A stretch of 64,000 nucleotides of DNA from Neoechinorhynchus agilis (lineage: Eukaryota; Animalia; Acanthocephala). Made by a program: the position numbers and the translations under genes. Positions 1 through 15,000 of this stretch are shown here, piece by piece (the stretch's first letter is position 1; every line of letters begins with the position of its first letter). The notes under the pieces were generated by a model. The model ran no database searches, was not told the origin of the DNA, and was given only the letters and a program-made list of their open reading frames with translations. The stretch covers positions 15,205,480-15,269,479 of the forward strand of contig CM121342.1 in assembly GCA_051530055.1 (NCBI GenBank), written 5' to 3'.

Positions 1-3000
1 GAGATATCGCAATATTTATGGAAGCAGACGTAACAATTTTGTTGTGTCTAACGCGCTGTTCTTCGACAATATCTCGACACTTGCAGCGGTAGACATCACG
101 CATTTGTTGCATCTCCGACGCGCATTTCTTACAGCAATAGCTTGATAATTATAGAGACAGATGTAACGCAGTTCTTGTATCTCCGACGCGCATTTCGTAC
201 AGAGATATCTCAATATTTATGGAAGCAGACGTAACAATTTTGTTGTGTCTCTAACGCGCTGTTCTTCAACAATATCTCGACACTTGCAGAGGAAGACATT
301 ACGGGTGTTGCATCTCCGACGCATTTCTTACAGCAATATCTTGATTATTATAGAAGCAGATGTAACGCAGTTCTTGTATCTCCGACGCGCATTTCTTACA
401 GCAATATCTTGATAATTATAGAAGAAGATGTAACGCAGTTCTTGTATCTTAGACGCGCATTTCTTACAGCAATATCTTGATAATTATAGAGACAGATGTA
501 ACGCAGTTCTTATATATCCGACGCGCATTTCTTACAGAGATATCTCAAAATTTATCGAAGCAGACGTAACAATTTTGTTGTGTCTCTAACGCGCTGTTCT
601 TCGACAATATCTCGACACTTGCAGATGTAGACATCACGCAGTTGTTGCATCTCCGACGCGCATTTCTTACAGCAATATCTTGATAATTATAGAGACAGAT
701 GTAACGCAGTTCTTGTATCTCCGACGCGCATTTCGTACAGAGATATCTCAATATTTATGGAAGCAGACGTAACAATTTTTTTGTGTCTCTAACGCGCTGT
801 TCTTCAACAATATCTCGACACTTGCAGAGGAAGACATTACGCAGTTGTTGCATCCCGACGCGCATCTCTTACAGCTATATCTTGATAATTATAGAAGCAG
901 ATGTAACGCAGTATTTGCATCTCCGACGCGCATTTCGTACAGAGATATCTCAGAATTTATGGAAGCAGACGTAACAATTTTGTTGTGTCTCTAACGCGCT
1001 GTTCTTCAACAATATCTCGACACTTGCAGAAGCAGACATCACGCAGTTGTTGCATCTCCGACGCGCATTTCTTACAGCAATATCTTGATAATTATAGAGA
1101 CAGATGTAACGCAGTTCTTTTATCTCCGACGCGCATTTCGTACAGAGATATCTCAGAATTTATGGAAGCAGACGTAACAATTTTGTTGTGTCTCTAACGC
1201 GCTGTTCTTTAACAATATCTCGACACTTGCAGAGGCAGACATGACGCATTTGTTGCATCTCCGACGCGCATTTCTTACAGCAATATCTTGATAATTATAG
1301 AGGCAGATGTAACGCAGTTCTTGTATCTCCGACGCGCATTTCGTACAGAGATATCTCAATATTTATGGAAGCAGACGTAACAATTTTGTTGTGTCTCTAA
1401 CGCGCTGTTCTTCAACAATATCTCGACACTTGCAGAAGAAGACATTACGCATTTGTTGCATCTCCGACGCGCATTTCTTACAGCAATATCTTGATAATTA
1501 TAGAGGCAGATGTAACGCAGTTCTTGTATCTCCGACGCGCATTTCGTACAGAGATATCTCAATATTTATGGAAGCAGACGTAACAATTTTGTTGTGTCTC
1601 TAACGCGCTGTTCTTCAACAATATCTCGACACTTGCAGAGGCAGACATCACGCATTTGTTGCATCTCCGACGCGCATTTCTTACAGCAATATCTTGATAA
1701 TTATAGAGACAGATGTAACGCAGTTCTTGTATCTCCGACGCGCATTTCGTACAGAGATATCTCAATATTTATGGAAGCAGACGTAACAATTTTGTTGTGT
1801 CTCTAACGCGCTGTTCTTCAACAATATCTCGACACTTGCAGAGGAAGACATTACGCAGTTGTTGCATCTCCGACGCGCATTTCTTACAGCAATATCTTGA
1901 TTATTATAGAAGCAGATGTAACGCAGTTCTTGTATCTCCGACGCGCATTTCTTACAGCAATATCTTGTTTATTATAGAGACAGATGAAACGCAGTTCTTG
2001 TATCTCCGACGCGCATTTCGTAAAGAACTATCTCAGAATTTATGGAAGCAGACGTAACAATTTTGTTACGTCTCTAACGCGCTGTTCTTCAACAATATCT
2101 CGACAATTGCAGAGGAAGACATTACGCATTTGTTGCATCTCCGACGCGCATTTCTTACAGCAATATCTTGATAATTATAGAGACAGATGTAACGCAGTTC
2201 TTGTATCTCCGACGCGCATTTCGTGCAGAGATATCTCAATATTTATTGAAGCAGACGTAACAATTTTGTTGTGTCTCTAACGCGCTGTTCTTCAACAATA
2301 TCTCGACACTTGCAGAGGAAGACATTACGCATTTGTTGCATCTCCGACGCGCATTTCTTACAGCAAAATCTTGATAATTATAGAAGCAGATGTAACGCAG
2401 TATTTGTATCTCCGACGCGCATTTCGTACAGAGATATCTCAGAATTTATGGAAGCAGACGTAACAATTTTGTTGTGTCTCTAACGCGCTGTTCTTCAACA
2501 ATATCTCGACACTTGCAGAGGTAGACGTCACGCAGTTGTTGCATCTCCGACGCGCATTTCTTACAGCAATATCTTGATAATTATAGAGACAGATGTAACG
2601 CAGTTCTTGTATCTCCGACGCGCATTTCGTACAGAGATATCTCAATATTTATGGAAGCAGACGTAACAATTTTTTTGTGTCTCTAACGCGCTGTTCTTCA
2701 ACAATATCTCAACACTTGCAGAGGAAGACATTACGCAGTTGTTGCATCCCGACGCGCATTTCTTACAGCAATATCTTGATAATTATAGAGGCAGATGTAA
2801 ACCAGTTCTTGTATCTCCGAAGCGCATTTCGTACAGAGATATCTCAATATTTATGGAAGCAGACGTAACAATTTTGTTGTGTCTCTAACGCGCTGTTCTT
2901 CAACAATATCTCGACACTTGCAGAGGAAGACATTACGCATTTGTTGCATCTCCGACGCGCATTTCTTACAGCAATATCTTGATAATAATAGAAGCAGATG

Positions 3001-6000
3001 TAACGCAGTTATTGTATCTCCGACGCGCATTTCGTACAGAGATATCGCAATATTTATGGAAGCAGACGTAACAATTTTGTTGTGTCTCTAACGCGCTGTT
3101 CTTCGACAATATCTCGACACTTGCAGAGGTAGACATCACGCAGTTGTTTCATCTCCGACGCGCATTTCTTACAGCAATATCTTGATAATTATAGAGACAG
3201 ATGTAACGCAGTTCTTGTATCTCCGACGCGCATTTCGTACAGAGATATCTCAATATTTATGGAAGCAGACGTAACAATTTTTTTGTGTCTCTAACGCGCT
3301 GTTCTTCAACAATATCTCGACACTTGCAGAGGGAGACATTACGCAGTTGTTGCATCCCGACGCGCATTTCTTACAGCAATATCTTGATAATTATAGAGAC
3401 AGATGTAACGCAGTTCTTGTATCTCCGACGCGCATTTCGTACAGAGATATCTCAATATTTATGGAAGCAGACGTAACAATTTTGTTGTGTCGCTAACGCG
3501 CTGTTCTTCAACAATATCTCGACACTTGCAGAGGAAGACATTACGCATTTGTTGCATCTCCGACGCGCATTTCGTACAGAGATATCTCAATATTTATGGA
3601 AGCAGACGTAAAAATTTTGTTGTGTCTCTAACGCGCTGTTCTTCAACAATATCTCGACACCTGCAGAGGCAGACATCACGCATTTGTTGCATCTCTGACG
3701 CGAATTTGTTACAGCAATATCTTGATAATTATAGAGACAGATGTAACGCAGTTCTTGTATCTCCGAGGCGCATTTCGTACAGAGATATCTCAGAATTTAT
3801 GGAAGCAGACGTAACAATTTTGTTGTGTCTCTAACGCGCTGTTCTTCAACAATATCTCGACACTTGCAGAGGAAGACATTACGCATTTGTTGCATCTCCG
3901 ACGCGCATTTCTTACAGCAATATCTTGATAATTATAGAAGCAGATGTAACGCAGTATTTGTATCTCCGACGCGCATTTCGTACAGAGATATCTCAGAATT
4001 TATGGAAGCAGACGTAACAATTTTGTTGTGTCTCTAACGCGCTGTTCTTCAACAATATCTCGACACTTGCAGAAGCAGACATCACGCAGTTGTTGCATCT
4101 CCGACGCGCATTTCTTACAGCAATATCTTGATAATTATAGAGACAGATGTAACGCAGTTCTTTTATCTCCGACGCGCATTTCGTACAGAGATATCTCAGA
4201 ATTTATGGAAGCAGACGTAACAATTTTGTTGTGTCTCTAACGCGCTGTTCTTTAACAATATCTCGACACTTGCAGAGGCAGACATCACGCATTTGTTGCA
4301 TCTCCGACGCGCATTTCTTACAGCAATATCTTGATAATTATAGAGGCAGATGTAAAGCAGTTCTTGTATCTCCGACGCGCATTTCGTACAGAGATATCTC
4401 AATATTTATGGAAGCAGACGTAACAATTTTGTTGTGTCTCTAACGCGCTGTTCTTCAACAATATCTCGACACTTGCAGAGGAAGACATTACGCATTTGTT
4501 GCATCTCCGACGCGCATTTCTTACAGCAATATCTTGATAATAATAGAAGCAGATGTAACGCAGTTATTGTATCTCCGACGCGCATTTCGTACAGAGATAT
4601 CGCAATATTTATGGAAGCAGACGTAACAATTTTGTTGTGTCTCTAACGCGCTGTTCTTCAACAATATCTCGACACTTGCAGAAGCAGACATCACGCAGTT
4701 GTTGCATCTCCGACGCGCATTTCTTACAGCAATATCTTGATAATTATAGAGACAGATGTAACGCAGTTCTTTTATCTCCGACGCGCATTTCGTACAGAGA
4801 TATCTCAGAATTTATGGAAGCAGACGTAACAATTTTGTTGTGTCTCTAACGCGCTGTTCTTTAACAATATCTCGACACTTGCAGAGGTAGACATAACGCA
4901 TTTGTTGCATCTCCGACGCGCATTTCTTACAGCAATATCTTGATAATTATAGAGACAGATGTAACGCAGTTCTTGTATCTCCGACGCGCATTTCGTACAG
5001 AGATATCTCAATATTTATTGAAGCAGACGTAACAATTTTGTTGTGTCTCTAACGCGCTGTTCTTCAACAATATCTCGACACTTGCAGAGGAAGACATTAC
5101 GCATTTGTTGCATCTCCGACGCGCATTTCTTACAGCAATATCTTGATAATTATAGAGGCAGATGTAAAGCAGTTCTTGTATCTCCGACGCGCATTTCGTA
5201 CAGAGATATCTCAATATTTATGGAAGCAGACGTAACAATTTTGTTGTGTCTCTAACGCGCTGTTCTTTAACAATATCTCGACACTTGCAGAGGCAGACAT
5301 CACGCATTTGTTGCATCTCCGACGCGCATTTCTTACAGCAATATCTTGATAATTATAGAGGCAGATGTAACGCAGTTCTTGTATCTCCGACGCGCATTTC
5401 GTACAGAGATATCGCAATATTTATGGAAGCAGACGTAACAATTTTGTTGTGTCTAACGCGCTGTTCTTCGACAATATCTCGACACTTGCAGAGGTAGACA
5501 TCACGCATTTGTTGCATCTCCGACGCGCATTTCTTACAGCAATATCTTGATAATTATAGAGACAGATGTAACGCAGTTCTTGTATCTCCGACGCGCATTT
5601 CGTACAGAGATATCTCAATATTTATGGAAGCAGACGTAACAATTTTGTTGTGTCTCTAACGCGCTGTTCTTCAACAATATCTCGACACTTGCAGAGGAAG
5701 ACATTACGCAGTTGTTGCATCTCCGACGCGCATTTCTTACAGCAATATCTTGATAATTATAGAAGCAATGTAACGCAGTTCTTGTATCTCCGACGCGCAT
5801 TTCTTACAGCAATATCTTGATAATTATAGAAGCAGACGTAACAATTTTGTTGTGTCTAACGCGCTATTCTTCGACAATATCTCGACACTTGCAGCGGTAG
5901 ACATCACGCATTTGTTGCATCTCCGGCGCGCATTTCTTACAGCAATATCTTGATAATTATAGAGACAGATGTAACGCAGTTCTTGTACCTCCAACGCGCA

Positions 6001-9000
6001 TTTCGTACAGAGATATCTCAATATTTATGGAAGCAGACGTAACAATTTTGTTGTGTCTCTAACGCGCTGTCCTTCGACAATATCTCGACACTTGCAGAGG
6101 TAGACATCACGCATTTGTTGCATCTCCGACGCGCGTTTCTTACAGCAATATCTTGATAATTATAGAGAAAGGTGTAACGCAGTTCTTGTATCTCCGACGC
6201 GCATTTCGTACAGAGATATCTCAATATTTATGGAAGCAGACGTAACAATTTTTTTGTGTCTCTAACGCGCTGTTCTTCAACAATATCTCGACACTTGCAG
6301 AGGAAGACATTACGCAGTTGTTGCATCCCGACGCGCATTTCTTACAGTAATATCTTGATTATTATAGAAGCAGATGTAACGCAGTTCTTGTATCTCCGAC
6401 GCGCATTTCGTACAGAGATATCTCAATATTTATGGAAGCAGACGTAACAATTTTGTTGTGTCTCTAACGCGCTGTTCTTCAACAATATCTCGACACTTGC
6501 AGAGGAAGACATTACGCATTTGTTGCATCTCCGACGCGCATTCCTTACAGCAATATCTTGATAATAATTAGAAGCAGATGTAACGCAGTTATTGTATCTC
6601 CGACGCGCATTTCTTACAGCAATATCTTGATAATTATAGAAGCAGACGTAACAATTTTGTTGTGTCTAACGCGCTATTCTTCGACAATATCTCGACACTT
6701 GCAGCGGTAGACATCACGCATTTGTTGCATCTCCGGCGCGCATTTCTTACAGCAATATCTTGATAATTATAGAGACAGATGTAACGCAGTTCTTGTACCT
6801 CCAACGCGCATTTCGTACAGAGATATCTCAATATTTATGGAAGCAGACGTAACAATTTTGTTGTGTCTCTAACGCGCTGTCCTTCGACAATATCTCGACA
6901 CTTGCAGAGGTAGACATCACGCATTTGTTGCATCTCCGACGCGCGTTTCTTACAGCAATATCTTGATAATAATAGAAGCAGATGTAACGCAGTTCTTGTA
7001 TCTCCGACGCGCACTTCGTACAGAGATATCTCAATATTTATGGAAGCAGACGTAACAATTTTGTTGTGTCTCTAACGCGCTGTTCTTCAACAATATCTCG
7101 ACACTTGCAGAGGAAGACATTACGCAGGTGTTGCATCACCGACGCGCATTTCTTACAGCAATATCTCTATAATTATAGAGACAGATCTAACGCAGTTCTT
7201 GTATCTCCGACGCGCATTTCGTGCAGAGATATCGCAATATTTATGGAAGCAGACGTAACAATTTTGTTGTGTCTCTAACGCGCTGTTCTTTAACAATATC
7301 TCGACACTTGCAGAGGTTGACATCACGCATTTGTTGCATCTCCGACGCGCATTTCTTACAGCAATATCTTGATAATTATGGAGACAGATGTAACGCAGTT
7401 CTTGTATCTCCGACGCGCATTTCAGCCGGAGATATCTCAATATTTATGGAAGCAGACGTAACAATTTTGTTGTGTCTCTAACGCGCTGTTCTTCAACAAT
7501 ATCTCGACACTTGTAGAGGAAGACATTACGCATTTGTTGCATCTCCAAAGCGCATTTCCTACAGCAATATCTTGATAATTATAGAGACAGATGTAACGCA
7601 GTTCTTGTATCTCCGACGCGCATTTCGTACAGAGATATCTCAACATTTATGGAAGCAGACGTAACAATTAAGTTTTGTCTCTAACGCGCTGTTCTTCAAC
7701 AATATCTCGACACTTGTAGATTAAGACATTACGCGTTTGTTGCATCTCCAAAGCGCATTTCTTACAGCAATATCTTGATAATTATAGAAGCAGATGTAAC
7801 GCAGTTCTTGTATCTCCGACGCGCATTTCTGTACAGAGATATCTCAATATTTATGGAAGCAGACGTAACAATTTTGTTGTGTCTCTAACGCGCTGTTCTT
7901 CAACAATATCTCGACACTTGCGGAGGAAGACATTACGCATTTGTTGCATCTCCGACGCGCATTTCTTACAGCAATATCTTGATAATTATAGAAGCAGATG
8001 TAACGCAGTTCTTGTATCTCCGACGCGCATTTCGTGCAGAGATATCGCAATACTTATGGAAGCAGACGTAACAATTTTGTTGTGTCTCTAACGCGCTGTT
8101 CTTTAACAATATCTCGACACTTGCAGAGGTAGACATCACGCATTTGTTGCATCTCCGACGCGCATTTCTTACAGCAATATCTTGATAATTATGGAGACAG
8201 ATGTAACGCAGTTCTTGTATCTCCGACTCGCATTTCGTACAGAGATATCTCAATATTTATGGAAGCAGACGTAACAATTTTGTTTTGTCTCTAACGCGCT
8301 GTTCTTCAACAATATCTCGACACTTGCAGAGGAAGACATTACGCATTTGTTGCATCTCCGACGCGCATTTCTACAGCAATATCTTGATAATTATAGAGAC
8401 AGATGTAACGCAGTTCTTGTATCTCCGACGCGCATTTCGTACAGAGATATCTCAATATTTATGGAAGCAGACGTAACAATTTTGTTGTGTCTCTTTTACG
8501 CGCTGTTCTTCAACAATATCTCGACACCTGCAGAGGTAGACATCACGCATTTGTTGCATCTCCGACGCGCATTTCTTAAAGCAATATCTTGATAATTATA
8601 GAGACAGATGTAACGCAGTTCTTGTATCTCCGACGCGCATTTCGTACAGAGATATCTCAATATTTATGGAAGCAGACGTAACAATTTTGTTGTGTCTCCA
8701 ACACGCTGTTCTTCGACAATTTCTCGACACTTGCAGAGGTAGACATTACGCTTTAGTTGCAGCTCCGAAGCGCATTTCTTACAGCAATATCTTGATAATT
8801 ATAGAGACAGATGTAACGCAGTTCTTGTATCTCCGACGCGCATTTCGTGCAGAGATATCGCAATATTTATGGAAGCAGACGTAACAATTTTGTTGTGTCT
8901 CTAACGCGCTGTTCTTCAACAATATCTCGGACACTTGCGGAGGAAGACATTACGCATTTGTTGCATCTCCGACGCGCATTTCTTACAGCAATATCTTGAT

Positions 9001-12000
9001 AATTATAGAGGCAGATGTAACGCAGTTCTTGTATCTCCGACGCGCATTTCGTGCAGAGATATCTCAATATTTATGGAAGCAGACGTAACAATTTTGTTGT
9101 GTCTTTAACGCGCTGTTCTTTAAAAATATCTCGACACTTGCAGAGGCAGACATCACGCATTTGTTGCATCTCCGACGCGCATTTCTTACAGCAATATCTT
9201 GATAATTAAAGAGAAAGATGTAACGCAGTTCTTGTATCTCCGACGCGCATTTCGTTCAGAGATATCTCAATATTTATGGAAGCAGACGTAACAATTTTGT
9301 TATGTCTCTAACGCGCTGTTCTTCAACAATATCTCGACACTTGCAGAGGAAGACATTACGCATTTGTTGCATCTCCGACGCGCATTTCTTACAGCAAAAT
9401 CTTGATAATTATAGAAGCAGATGTAACGCAGTTCTTGTATCTCCGACGCGCATTTCGTACAGAGATATTCCAATATTTATGGAAGCAGACGTAACAGTTT
9501 TGTTGTGTCTCTAACGCGCTGTTCTTCAACAATATTACGACACCCTACAGAGGAAGACATTACGCATTTGTTGCATCTCCACGCGACTTTCTTACAGCAA
9601 TATCTTGATAATAATAGAGGCAGATGTAAAGCAGTTCTTGTATCTCCGCCGCGCATTTCGTACAGAGATATCTCAATATTTACGGAAGCAGACGTAACAA
9701 TTTTGTTGTGTCTCTAACGCGCTGTTCTTCAACAATATCTCGACACTTGCAGAGGAAGACATTACGCATTTGTTGCATCTCCGACGCGCATTTCTTACAG
9801 CAATATCTTGATAATAATAGAGGCAGATGTAAAGCAGTTCTTGTATCTCCGCCGCGCATTTCGTACAGAGATATCTCAATATTTACGGAAGCAGACGTAA
9901 CAATTTTGTTGTGTCTCTAACGCGCTGTTCTTTAACAATATCTCGACACTTGCAGAGGCAGACATCACGCATTTGTTGCATCTCCGACGCGCATTTCTTA
10001 CAGCAATATCTTGATAATTATAGAGACAGATGTAACGCAGTTCTTGTATCTCCGACGCGCATTTCGTACAGAGATATCTCAATATTTATGGAAGCAGACG
10101 TAACAATTTTGTTGTGTCTATAACGCGCTGTTCTTTAACAATATCTCGACACTTGCAGAGGAAGACATTACGCATTTGTTGCATCTCCGACGCGCATTTC
10201 TTACAGCAATATCTTGATAATAATAGAAGCAGATGTAACGCAGTTCTTGTATCTCCGACGCGCATTTCGTGCAGAGATATCGCAATACTTATGGAAGCAG
10301 ACGTAACAATTTTGTTGTGTCTCTAACGCGCTGTTCTTTAACAATATCTCGACACTTGCAGAGGTAGACATCACGCATTTGTTGCATCTCCGACGCGTAC
10401 ACGTCTTACAGCAATATCTTGATAATTATGGAGACAGATGTAACGCAGTTCTTGTATCTCCGACGCGCATTTCGTACAGAGATATCTCAATATTTATGGA
10501 AGCAGACGTAACAATTTTGTTTTGTCTCTAACGCGCTGTTCTTCAACAATATCTCGACACTTGCAGAGGAAGACATTACCCATTTGTTGCATCTCCGACG
10601 CGCATTTCTACAGCAATATCTTGATAATTATAGAGACAGATGTAACGCAGTTCTTGTATCTCCGACGCGCATTTCGTACAGAGATATCTCAATATTTATG
10701 GAAGCAGACGTAACAATTTTGTTGTGTCTCTTACGCGCTGTTCTTCAACAATATCCCGACACTTGCAGAGGAAGACATTACGAATTTGTTGCATCTCCGA
10801 CGCGCATTTCTTACAGCAATATCTTGATAATTATAGAGACAGATGTAACGCAGTTCTTGTATCTCCGACGCGCATTTCGTACAGAGATATCTCAATATTT
10901 ATGGAAGCAGACGTAACAATTTTGTTGTGTCTCTAACGCGCTGTTCTTCAACAATATCTCGACACTTGCGGAGGAAGACATTACGCATTTGTTGCATCAC
11001 CGACGCGCATTTCTTACAGCAATATCTTGATAATTATAGAAGCAGATGTAACGCAGTTCTTGTATCTCCGACGCGCATTTCGCAGAGATATCGCAATATT
11101 TATGGAAGCAGACGTAACAATTTTGTTGTGTCTCTAACGCGCTGTTCTTCAACAATATCTCGACACTTGCGGAGGAAGACATTACGCATTTGTTGCATCT
11201 CCGACGCGCATTTCTTACAGCAATATCTTGATAATTATAGAAGCAGATGTAACGCAGTTCTTGTATCTCCGACGCGCATTTCGTGCAGAGATATCGCAAT
11301 ATTTATGGAAGCAGACGTAACAATTTTGTTGTGTTCAACGCGCTGTTCTTTAACAATATCTCGACACTTGCAGAGGTAGACATCACGCATTTGTTGCATC
11401 TCCGACGCGCATTTCTTACAGCAATATCTTGATAATTATGGAGACAGATGTAACGCAGTTCTTGTATCTCCGACGCGCATTTCGTACAGAGATATCTCAA
11501 TATTTATGGAAGCAGACGTAACAATTTTGTTTTGTCTCAAACGCGCTGTTCTTCAACAATATCTCGACACTTGCAGAGGAAGACATTACGCATTTGTTGC
11601 ATCTCCGACGCGCATTTCTTACAGCAAAATCTTGATAATTATAGAAGCAGATGTAACGCAGTTCTTGTATCTCCGACGCGCATTTCGTACAGAGATATCT
11701 CAATATTTATGGAAGCAGACGTAACAGTTTTGTTGTGTCTCTAACGCGCTGTTCTTCAACAATATCTCGACACTTGCAGAGGAAGACATTACGCATTTGT
11801 TGCATCTCCGACGCGACTTTCTTACAGCAATATCTTGATAATAATAGAGGCAGATGTAAAGCAGTTCTTGTATCTCCGCCGCGCATTTCGTACAGAGATA
11901 TCTCAATATTTACGGAAGCAGACGTAACAATTTTGTTGTGTCTCTAACGCGCTGTTCTTTAACAATATCTCGACACTTGCAGAGGCAGACATCATGCATT

Positions 12001-15000
12001 TGTTGCATCTCCGACGCGCATTTCTTACAGCAATATCTTGATAATTATAGAGACAGATGTAACGCAGTTCTTGTACCTCCGACGCGCATTTCGTACAGAG
12101 ATATCTCAATATTTATGGAAGCAGACGTAACAATTTTGTTGTGTCTAACGCGCTGTTCTTCGACAATATCTCGATACTTGCAGCGGTAGACATCACGCAT
12201 TTGTTGCATCTCCGACGCGCATTTCTTACAGCAATATCTTTTTAATTATAGAGACAGATGTAACGTAGTTCTTGTATCGCCGACGCGCATTTCGTAAAGA
12301 GATATCTCATAATTTATGGAAGCAGACGTAACAATTTTGTTGTGTCTCTAACGCGCTGTTCTTTAACAATATCTCGACACTTGCAGAGGCAGACATCACG
12401 CATTTGTTGCATCTCCGACGCGCATTTCTTACAGCAATATCTTGATAATTATAGAGGCAGATGTAACGCAGTTCTTGTACCTCCGACGCGCATTTCGTAC
12501 AGAGATATCGCAATATTTATGGAAGCAGACGTAACAATTTTGTTGTGTCTAACGCGCTGTTCTTCGACAATATCTCGACACTTGCAGCGGTAGACATCAC
12601 GCATTTGTTGCATCTCCGACGCGCATTTCTTACAGCAATAGCTTGATAATTATAGAGACAGATGTAACGCAGTTCTTGTATCTCCGACGCGCATTTCGTA
12701 CAGAGATATCTCAATATTTATGGAAGCAGACGTAACAATTTTGTTGTGTCTCTAACGCGCTGTTCTTCAACAATATCTCGACACTTGCAGAGGAAGACAT
12801 TACGCAGGTGTTGCATCTCCGACGCGCATTTCTTACAGTATCTTGATGATTATAGAAGCAGATGTAACGCAGTTCTTGTATCTCCGACGCGCATTTCTTA
12901 CAGCAATATCTTGATAATTATAGAAGCAGACGTAACAATTTTGTTGTGTCTAACGCGCTATTCTTCGACAATATCTCGACACTTGCAGCGGTAGACATCA
13001 CGCATTTGTTGCATCTCCGGCGCGCAATTCTTACAGCAATATCTTGATAATTATAGAGACAGATGTAACGCAGTTCTTGTACCTCCAACGCGCATTTCGT
13101 ACAGAGATATCTCAATATTTATGGAAGCAGACGTAACAATTTTGTTGTGTCTCTAACGCGCTTTCCTTTGTAAATATCTCGACACTTGCAGAGGTAGACA
13201 TCACGCATTTGTTGCATCTCCGACGCGCGTTTCTTACAGCAATATCTTGATAATTATAGAGACAGATGTAACGCAGTTCTTGTATCTCCGACGCGCATTT
13301 CGTACAGAGATATCTCAATATTTATGGAAGCAGACGTAACAATTTTTTTGTGTCTCTAACGCGCTGTTCTTCAACAATATCTCGACACTTGCAGAGGAAG
13401 ACATTACGCAGTTGTTGCATCCCGACGCGCATTTCTTACAACAATATCTTGATAATAATAGAAGCAGATGTAACGCAGTTCTTGTATCTCCGACGCGCAT
13501 TTCGTACAGAGATATCTCAATATTTATGGAAGCAGACGTAACAATTTTGTTGTGTCTCTAACGCGCTGTTCTTCAACAATATCTCGACACTTGCAGAGGA
13601 AGACATTACGCAGGTGTTGCATCTCCGACGCGCATTTCTTACAGCAATATCTTGATTATTATAGAAGCAGAGATGTAACGCAGTTCTTGTATCTCCGACG
13701 CGCATTTCGTACAGAGATATCTCAATATTTATTAAAGCAGACGTAACAATTTTGTTGTGTCTCTAACGCGCTGTTCTTCAACAATATCTCGACACTTGCA
13801 GAGGAAGACATTACGCATTTGTTGCATCTCCGACGCGCATTTCTTACAGCAATATCTCTATAATTATAGAGACAGATGTAACGCAGTTCTTGTATCTCCG
13901 ACGCGCATTTCGTGCAGAGATATCGCAATATTTATGGAAGCAGACGTAACAATTTTGTTGTGTCTCTAACGCGCTGTTCTTTAACAATATCTCGACACTT
14001 GCAGAGGTTGACATCACGCATTTGTTGCATCTCCGACGCGCATTTCTTACAGCAATATCTTGATAATTATGGAGACAGATGTAACGCAGTTCTTGTATCT
14101 CCGACGCGCATTTCGTACAGAGATATCTCAATATTTATGGAAGCAGACGTAACAATTTTGTTGTTTCTCTAACGCGCTGTTCTTCAACAATATCTCGACA
14201 CTTGCAGAGGAAGACATTACGCATTTGTTGCATCTCCGACGCGCATTTCTACAGCAATATCTTGATAATTATGGAGACAGATGTAACGCAGTTCTTGTAT
14301 CTCCGACGCGCATTTCGTACAGAGATATCTATATATTTATGGAAGCAGACGTAACAATTTTGTTGTGTCTCTAACGCGCTGTTCTTCAACAATATCTCGA
14401 CACTTGCAGAGGAAGACATTACGCATTTGTTGCATCTCCGACGCGCATTTCTTACAGCAATATCTTGATAATTATAGAGACAGATGTAACGCAGTTCTTG
14501 TGTCTCCGACGCGCATTTCGTACAGAGATATCTCAATATTTATGGAAGCAGACGTAGCAATTTTGTTGTGTCTCTAACGCGCTGTTCTTCAACAATATCT
14601 CGACACTTGCGGAGGAAGACATTACGCATTTGTTGCATCTCCGACGCGCATTTCTTACAGCAATATCTTGATAATTATAGAAGCAGATGTAACGCAGTTC
14701 TTGTATCTCCGACGCGCATTTCGTGCAGAGATATCGCAATATTTATGGAAGCAGACGTAACAATTTTGTTGTGTCTCTAACGCGCTGTTCTTTAACAATA
14801 TCTCGACACTTGCAGAGGTAGACATCACGCATTTGTTGCATCTCCGACGCGCATTTCTTACAGCAATATCTTGATAATTATGGAGACAGATGTAACGCAG
14901 TTCTTGTATCTCCGACGCGCATTTCGTACAGAGATATCTCAATATTTATGGAAGCAGACGTAACAATTTTGTTTTGTCTCTAACGCGCTGTACTTCAACA